From NCBI GenBank assembly GCA_963849635.1, contig CAWKIA010000040.1, forward strand, positions 145,022 to 209,021: 64,000 nt of DNA. Direction: 5' to 3'. The notes under the pieces were generated by a model. It saw only the letters and a list, made by a program, of their open reading frames with translations, made no database searches and was not told the origin of the DNA. The DNA comes from an uncultured Chloroflexia bacterium. GTDB lineage: Bacteria; Chloroflexota; Chloroflexia; Thermomicrobiales; UBA6265. Position 1 is the first letter of the stretch; each line of letters starts with the position of its first letter. Positions 58,056-64,000 of the stretch are shown piece by piece. The position numbers and the translations under genes are program-made.

Positions 58056-59171
58056 ATGAACGTGGGGACGCGCACCGCGATGAACCGGCGCGGATTTGTC
58101 GGCCTGCTGGGGCTTGCCGGGGTCGGCACCGTCGGGACGGCATTTGCACCAGAACACATCGGCCACGCCGCCGAGATCGAAGCGGCCCAGACCGTCGCCG
58201 AGTCAGCCGTCGTAACTGATGTGCATGCCGGCCACGAGCAGATGTCTGCTCAAACAACCACGACCAACGCCGCCACCAACGCCACGCAAGACATGACCGT
58301 CGACGAGATGGACGCCATGCACGACGCCAGCGTCAAGGCCTTCCCGGCGGCGACCGAAGGGCTCGGTGGCCAGCCGCTTGAGTTCGTCATGGACGGCGAC
58401 GTCAAGGTCTTCGAGCTGACCTGCCAGCTCGCCCAGTGGGAGGTTACGCCGGGTCAGCGCGTCGAGGCCTGGACCTACAACGGCGTCGTGCCCGGTCCCG
58501 AGATCCGCGTCACCGAGGGTGACACGATCCGGGTGCTGGTCCACAACGAGTTGCCCCAGAGCACGGCGGTCCACTGGCACGGGTTGATGGTCCCGAATGC
58601 GATGGACGGGGTGCCCGGCATCACCCAGCCGCCGATCAAGCCAGGGGAGACCTTCACCTACGAGTTTCCGATCCGGGACGGCAACGCCGGCACGCACATG
58701 TACCACGCCCACTACAACAGCGCCGAGCAGGTGGTGAAGGGCATGCTGGGCGCGTTCATCGTCGAGCCCAAGGACCCGGCGACCCGCCCGGCCTTCGACC
58801 GCGAGTACACGATCGTGCTCAACGACGGCCCGATCGGCGGGTTCAGCCTCAACGGCAAGAGCTTCCCCGCCACCCAGCCCCTGGTGGCGAAGAAGGGCGA
58901 GCGCGTCCTGATCCGCTACATGAACGAGGGCATGATGATCCACCCGATGCACCTGCACGGGATGCCGATGCAAGTCATCGCCCAGGACGGCTACCTCCTG
59001 CCCCAGTTCTACACCTGCGACACCCTCAACATCGCCCCCGGCCAGCGGTTCGAGACGATCGTGGACGCGACGGAACCCGGGACCTGGGCCTTCCACTGCC
59101 ACATCCTCACCCACGCCGAGAGCGACCACGGCATGTACGGCATGGTGACCGCCCTCGTCGTCGAGGAGTAG
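58056..59171 (+). CDS. Two-domain-size multicopper oxidase with Tat signal
   Basis: ATG at 58056 follows GAGAGGAG. Tat leader MNRRGFVGLLGLAG. Copper motifs appear in order: HWHG, YHAHY, HPMHLHG, HCHILTHAESDHGMYGM. At ~371 aa it is too short for a three-domain MCO. Confidence 0.8.
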   Translation: MNVGTRTAMNRRGFVGLLGLAGVGTVGTAFAPEHIGHAAEIEAAQTVAESAVVTDVHAGHEQMSAQTTTTNAATNATQDMTVDEMDAMHDASVKAFPAATEGLGGQPLEFVMDGDVKVFELTCQLAQWEVTPGQRVEAWTYNGVVPGPEIRVTEGDTIRVLVHNELPQSTAVHWHGLMVPNAMDGVPGITQPPIKPGETFTYEFPIRDGNAGTHMYHAHYNSAEQVVKGMLGAFIVEPKDPATRPAFDREYTIVLNDGPIGGFSLNGKSFPATQPLVAKKGERVLIRYMNEGMMIHPMHLHGMPMQVIAQDGYLLPQFYTCDTLNIAPGQRFETIVDATEPGTWAFHCHILTHAESDHGMYGMVTALVVEE

Positions 59172-59251
59172 GCGCTCGTTCCGTGGATACGCGCAGGGCC
59201 GTCGGGCCGGCGGGATGCTCTGCCGCCGCCGCCCTCCGAAAGAAGGTCAAC

Positions 59252-59767
59252 ATGTTTCACCGGATCGTGGTCCCGCTTGATGGCTCTGCGCTGGCGGAAC
59301 GGGCGCTGGAGTGGGCGACGGATCTCGCGCGCGTTGCCAATGTCCCTATCCACCTCGTCCGCGTGATCGACCTGGGAAGGATCGACGGTGGAGCGTCGCT
59401 CGTATGGGGCCTCTCCCCCTGGGCGCTCGAGCGCGCGCTCGATGAGGAGCAGCGGGCGGCGTTGGACTCCCTTGAGCGGACAAGACAGCGGCTCAAGGAT
59501 CAGGGCGTGCAGGCGTTCGCGGAGGTGCGGCACGGCAGGGCGCCAGACGAAATCGTGGCGTCGGTCACGGAGGACGATCTGGTCGTCATGTCGACCCACG
59601 GGCGCGGCGGCCTACCCCGCTGGTTCCTGGGAAGCGTCGCCGAGTCCGTCGCGCGGCACGCGCCGGGGCCAGTCATGCTGATCAGGGCGTTGCCGGCTGA
59701 GAAAGCCGAGACTGCGGTTGGGAGCGAGGAATCCGCCCGGGTTGGCGAGATGGCCGTCGTCTCTTAG
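59252..59767 (+). CDS. Universal stress protein (UspA family)
   Basis: MFHRIVVPLDGSALAERALEWA…, with the C-terminal ATP-binding-type motif STHGRGGLPRWFLGSVAESVARHAPGPVMLI. Confidence 0.8.
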   Translation: MFHRIVVPLDGSALAERALEWATDLARVANVPIHLVRVIDLGRIDGGASLVWGLSPWALERALDEEQRAALDSLERTRQRLKDQGVQAFAEVRHGRAPDEIVASVTEDDLVVMSTHGRGGLPRWFLGSVAESVARHAPGPVMLIRALPAEKAETAVGSEESARVGEMAVVS

Positions 59768-59957
59768 CTGCCTGAACGCATGCAGCCTCGCGCCGGGATC
59801 GGGAGATCCAAGCGTCAACCCGGCCCCGTGGTCATCGATCGCCCAGCCGGGTCCGACGGACGTCAGGTCACGTACCGCTGTGAGCAAAGGCGAATGGGTC
59901 CCCATGGTGGTGACCCATTCGCCGTTTGCCCAATTCGTTCATGGAAGGATCATACCA

Positions 59958-60723
59958 ATGGCAACTCGGGCTCGAACGGCGACACGACATACGCATAGGT
60001 CCGCCATGCGCATCGCGGCTGAGCATGAGTCAAAGCGACGCAGGCTCTTCCTTGCCGGGTCGGTGGCAACCGCCGTCCTCCTCGCGCTTGTCCTGATCCT
60101 GCTCAATTTGCCGGATAGCACGGGGGAGAACGGGTTGCCGGCGGTCGCCGCCGCGCCGCTGCCGTACCCCGATGTCCCGGCCGAGGGCCGCGTGCTCGGC
60201 GACCCGAACGCGCCGGTTACGGTGGTTGAGTATGGCGATTACCAGTGTCCTGCCTGTGCGATGTTCGCGCGCGACATCGAGCCGCGCCTGGTCGCCGACT
60301 ACGTAGCGACCGGATTGGTGCGCTTCGAGTTCCGAGACTACGCGTTCCTGGACGACCGCGCCGGTGGGAGCGAATCCGACGACGCGGCCGCGGCCGCCGA
60401 GGCTGCCGCCGGCCAGGGCGCGTTTTGGCGCTTCCATGCCACGCTCTACGCGAACCAGCATGGGGAGAATGAGGGAGCGTTCACGGAGGAGCGATCTGAT
60501 CGCGATGGCCGAGGCGCTCGGCCTGGACATCCCGCGGTTCCAGGCGGCGCTAGACGACGCCGCAACCGAGCGCGCCGTGGCCGCCATGACGGACGAGGCG
60601 AACGCGCTGGGGCTGATGGGCACGCCAAGCTTGACCGTCAATGGCCGGGTCATCGAATACGACGGCTACGACAGCCTCGTGGCGGCCATCGACGCCGAGC
60701 TGGCCGCGCTTGGAGACGGGTAA
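59958..60723 (+). pseudogene. DsbA-like thioredoxin-fold thiol:disulfide oxidoreductase, one frameshift
   Basis: N-terminal TM anchor and the CxxC active site VEYGDYQCPACAMF. The frame changes at about 60486-60497: ..GENEGAFTEE then LIAMAEALGLDIPRFQAAL…GTPSLTVNGR…* continues in ORF 60364..60723. Confidence 0.7.
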
Positions 60724-61220
60724 TGCATGGCCTTCAACGCATCGGGTGGCGCTCCGTCTCCGCTCTGACAGCCGTCGCCGGCATCGGCGTGGCGGGTTAC
60801 CTCACCCGAACGCACTACGATCAAGGGGCGCTCGTCTGCACGGTCGGGGACTGCCGCACCGTGCAGGAGAGCGAGTACGCCGACGTGGCGGGCATCCCGG
60901 TCGCCATCCTCGGGTTGGGGATGTACCTGACGGTCCTGGCCCTGGGCGCGATTCGGTGGCGCCGGCCGGGATCGCACGGGGCGGCAACCCTCGCCGCGTT
61001 TGCCGTCGTCCTCGCCGGCGCGTTCGTCGCCGCCTACCTGACGGTCATCGAACTTGTCGTCATCGACGCGGTGTGCCAGTGGTGTGTCGTGTCGGCCGTG
61101 CTGACGGCCATCCTCCTGGCCGCCGAAGGCGCAGGCGTGAGGGAGTGGGCGAAATCCTCGTATGACGTTGAGATGTTCCATGCTCCACCGCGTGCACCGC
61201 GCCACGGGGACGCCTCGTAA
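60723..61220 (+). CDS. Vitamin K epoxide reductase (VKOR) family protein
   Basis: The ATG overlaps the dsbA-like stop (TAATG). It has four hydrophobic segments, a loop Cys pair (VCTVGDC) and a membrane CxxC (CQWC). Confidence 0.75.
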   Translation: MHGLQRIGWRSVSALTAVAGIGVAGYLTRTHYDQGALVCTVGDCRTVQESEYADVAGIPVAILGLGMYLTVLALGAIRWRRPGSHGAATLAAFAVVLAGAFVAAYLTVIELVVIDAVCQWCVVSAVLTAILLAAEGAGVREWAKSSYDVEMFHAPPRAPRHGDAS

Positions 61221-61413
61221 GAGGTCGCCGGGGCCACCTTCGTAGTTCTGACACGACTCTGATACGGGGGGCATCCCGATTGAGACAACTGCTCGATGCC
61301 CCGGACTCTATCATCGGTCCAATCAATGATTCACAGGTGGGCGCCCAACGGTGGGCGCCCACCTGCCGGGACGCGGCGCTGAGGCCGTCGTCCACAATAG
61401 AAGGGAGCCCTCC

Positions 61414-62460
61414 ATGGGCACGATCAAGGGGCTAGAGCTCGGCGGCATTCAAGATAGTCGCCGCGGCTTCGTCCGGCGCGCCGCGGGCCTCGGCCTGGCC
61501 CTGCCCGCGTTCGGCGGACTGGTGATGCAGTCAAACGCTCAGGAAGAACCGCCGGCGTCGTCGGGTCACGGTGGCCACGCGATGGTGACCTCGACCGGCG
61601 CACCGCCGGAAGGATTCAAGCTGTACGATCCGTGGCTCGCTCCTGTCGAGGCCGGCCCGAAGCAGATCACCGTCGTTGCCAAGGACGCGACCTTCCCGAT
61701 CGCCCAGGACACCACCTTTGCCGGATGGACGTTCGACGGGACGGTCCCGGGCCGCACGCTCCGTGCTGTCGAGGGCGACACGATCGACTTCACCTTCAAG
61801 GTCGATCCGGCCGCCGTCGTCGGCCACTCGCTCGATTTCCACTCGGCCAAGACCGCTCCAGACCAGAGTTACCGCACGCTCAACCCTGGTGAGGAGCTCT
61901 CCTACAGCTTCGTGGCCAAGTACCCGGGCGCCTACATGTATCACTGCGGCACGCCGCCGATCCTGATGCACATCGGGGCCGGGATGTACGGCTCGATGAT
62001 CGTTGACCCGAAGGAGGGTTGGAGCCCCGCCCAGGAGTTCAGCCTCGTCCAGAGCGAGTACTACCTGACGGACGATGGAACCGGCACGGGGACGATGACC
62101 ACCGACTACATGAAGATGGTCGGCAACGGCACGATGGACTTCTGCGTCTTCAATGGCTACGCGAATCAGTACGCCGAGAATCCCATCTCCGTCGAGGTCA
62201 AGGCCCCCGTCCGAGTCTTCGTGATGAACGCCGGACCGAATGTCTGGTCGAGCTTCCACGTGGTCGGGACGATCTTCGATCGGGTACTGATCAACGGCAA
62301 CCCGAAGAACGAGCTCTTCGGTCTCCAGTCGATCTCGATTGGCCCCGGCGACGGCGCCGTCGTCGAGTTCACGCTGGATGATCGCGGCAGTTACCCCTTC
62401 GTCAACCACGCCTTCGGGCATGCGTCGCACGGCGCGGTCGGCGTCTTCCTCGCCGAGTAG
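61414..62460 (+). CDS. nirK: Copper-containing nitrite reductase-like two-domain cupredoxin protein
   Basis: ATG at 61414 follows AAGGGAG. Tat leader SRRGFVRRAAGLGLALPAFGG. The type-1/type-2 copper ligand pattern is HSLDFH, YHCGTPPILMHIGAGMYG and C-terminal FVNHAFGHASHGAVG, resembling NirK HN.DFH / HC…H….M / NHN. Confidence 0.65.
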   Translation: MGTIKGLELGGIQDSRRGFVRRAAGLGLALPAFGGLVMQSNAQEEPPASSGHGGHAMVTSTGAPPEGFKLYDPWLAPVEAGPKQITVVAKDATFPIAQDTTFAGWTFDGTVPGRTLRAVEGDTIDFTFKVDPAAVVGHSLDFHSAKTAPDQSYRTLNPGEELSYSFVAKYPGAYMYHCGTPPILMHIGAGMYGSMIVDPKEGWSPAQEFSLVQSEYYLTDDGTGTGTMTTDYMKMVGNGTMDFCVFNGYANQYAENPISVEVKAPVRVFVMNAGPNVWSSFHVVGTIFDRVLINGNPKNELFGLQSISIGPGDGAVVEFTLDDRGSYPFVNHAFGHASHGAVGVFLAE

Positions 62461-62544
62461 CGTGGTTCGAACGAGCGGCATCCAGGCGGCCGGTCCCGAG
62501 AAACTTCGGGACCGGCCGCCCTCGTTTGCGTACCGGGGAATCCC

Positions 62545-63018
62545 ATGGATCGTTTGAGCGCGCTGATGGTTCGGAGTGCGCTGGCCTGGTTGCTGGCCGG
62601 GGTGGTCGTCGGCGCCGCGATGGTGATCGACCGGGAGATTCCGGGGAACTGGCGCGGGTGGTTTATGCCGAGCCATGTGCACATGCTCTTCGTCGGATGG
62701 TTTCTCCAGTTTGCGCTTGGTATCGCGTACTGGTTGCTGCCGCGCAAGCGGTCACCCAGCCGACCATTGGGCTACAACGAGCGACTCGCCCTGGGCGCGA
62801 TGGTGGCCCTGAACACCGGCCTCTTGATCCGGGTTAGCGTCGAGCCGCTCGAGCGCGCCGGCCACGCCAGCGACGCCAGCTTTGCCGCGTTGAGTGTGGC
62901 GGCGGCGCTCCAGGTCGCGGCGGTCGCCGTCTTCGTCTGCCAACTTTGGTCGCGCGCCGGTCCCCGCGTTCGGACCAAGACGCACGTCCAGCCGCAGGCC
63001 CAGGCACCGACGAGCTGA
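62545..63018 (+). CDS. Hypothetical integral membrane protein (about 4 TM)
   Basis: 157 aa with hydrophobic segments ALAWLLAGVVVGAAMVI, MLFVGWFLQFALGIAYWLL, LALGAMVALNTGLLI and ALSVAAALQVAAVAVFV. It follows the nirK-like gene. Confidence 0.5.
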   Translation: MDRLSALMVRSALAWLLAGVVVGAAMVIDREIPGNWRGWFMPSHVHMLFVGWFLQFALGIAYWLLPRKRSPSRPLGYNERLALGAMVALNTGLLIRVSVEPLERAGHASDASFAALSVAAALQVAAVAVFVCQLWSRAGPRVRTKTHVQPQAQAPTS

Positions 63019-63167
63019 CCCGGAATGAATCTCGTAGTGCGTCAAGCCTCAATCGCCGGGTAGAGGCGGCGGAGCGTGGGGCGGGCGTCGGCGGCGGTGA
63101 CCTGCCAGGCGACGGCCCCGGCGGCGCCCGCCTCGGGCCGGCGCCCCGACGCTGGACCGGGCCCGAC

Positions 63168-64000
63168 TCAACCACAGTAGTACTCGACCACCCCCCAATC
63201 AACCCAATAGAAAAGGCACTCCAAGCCGTCGGGGCACGCGCCCTCGCCACACGGCCCGCAGAACCCGTCGCACGAGCACCACCCGTCCTCGCCGCAGGCC
63301 GTGCCCTCGGGGCACTCGCAGCCGTTGTCGCACCTCGTCCCGTCGCAGGAGCACATATGGTCGTGCCGGCCGGACTCGTCGGACCACGAGCTACAGTCCT
63401 GGCCGCGGGGGCAGTCGCACAAGTCCGGGTCGCAGTGCGTGCCGTCGCAGACGCACTGCCCATCGCTGCACATCAGGTGGTCGTAGCAGGGGCAGGCGGA
63501 GCCGCAGTTCCCCGTCGCTGCACAGGCAGCGCCCGTCCGGCGCAGGTCCGGCCGCCCTCGCAGTCGGCGTCGTCCGCGCAGGACGTGTAGGCGCACCGCC
63601 CGTCCTGGCAGACCACCCCGGTAGCGCAGTGGCAGTTGAGGCCGCAGGACACCCCGTCGCAGGTGCACCACCGCCTGCCGCTGAGGTCCGGTTCCAGGCA
63701 GACCATTCGCCCCCGCAGGTGCACGCCGCCGTCGCCGCAGCTCACGGTGCCGCCGCAGACGCACTGCCCACCGCTGCAGCACCGGCCGCTGGGGCACCCG
63801 CAGGCGGGGCCGCAGGTCTGGCCGTCGCAGGCGCACACCCCGCCCACGCAAGCCCGGCCGCCGGTGCAGGAGGCTCCGCCGCAGGGCGTGGGGACGGGGA
63901 CGCACACCCCACCCTCGCAGCGCGAGCCCTCCGAGCACGGGCAGTAGGCGCCGCAGCGCGTCCCGTCGCAGACGCACTGCCCGGAGAAGTCGAGCCGCAG
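63168..64000 (-). pseudogene. Cysteine-rich secreted-type protein, 5' end outside window, two closely spaced frameshifts
   Basis: The Cys-rich reading switches between three minus frames near 63515-63560. It reads …CADDADCEGGRTC | DGRCLCSDG | NCGSACPCYDHLMCSDGQCVCDG…CLFYWVDWGVVEYYCG* with the stop at 63168. The style matches the 24853..25986 protein. Confidence 0.6.

Overview
Very GC-rich bacterial window. The codon usage, Tat-type leaders and repeat families look Thermomicrobia/Chloroflexota- or Actinobacteria-like, but that taxonomy is only a guess. I found no rRNA, tRNA or CRISPR array by eye.

Content from left to right:
(1) 1-12.2 kb: amino-sugar/sugar catabolic cluster. It holds nagB-nagA, two Gfo/Idh/MocA oxidoreductases, three SDRs, an MBL hydrolase, a DUF4432/aldose-epimerase-like gene, and an orphan tandem SagB/nitroreductase protein.
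(2) 12.2-33.4 kb: four paralogous STAND-ATPase/TPR/LuxR regulators (called R1-R4 here; R4 is frameshifted) plus a decayed fifth copy. They are interleaved with secreted-protein genes: a degenerate beta-lactamase-like gene, two decayed Cys-rich paralogs, an LCP protein, and a three-gene block (TSP3-repeat protein / ~60-Cys protein / TSP3-repeat paralog) directly downstream of R3.
(3) 33.5-40.6 kb: intact DmpA, a peptide-type ABC importer (SBP and two permeases, no ATPases) and an S9 peptidase.
(4) 43.1-54.1 kb: a second peptide-type ABC operon with deacetylases, an amidohydrolase, an enolase-family dehydratase and an AsnC regulator. Eight of its ten genes carry 1-nt frameshifts, which could be real decay or assembly indels.
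(5) An IS630 element inserted into a palindromic MITE-like repeat.
(6) fucD, cupin and PNPOx-like genes.
(7) A copper/nitrite redox island (two-domain MCO, USP, DsbA-VKOR, NirK-like protein, membrane protein), then another Cys-rich gene running off the window.

The most unusual signal is a pair of perfect hairpins built from tandem heptamers inside the coding sequence of two paralogous regulators. They are codon-aligned and their arms covary. Their architecture resembles heptamer-armed REP-like elements that sit immediately after stop codons in the intact ABC operon.
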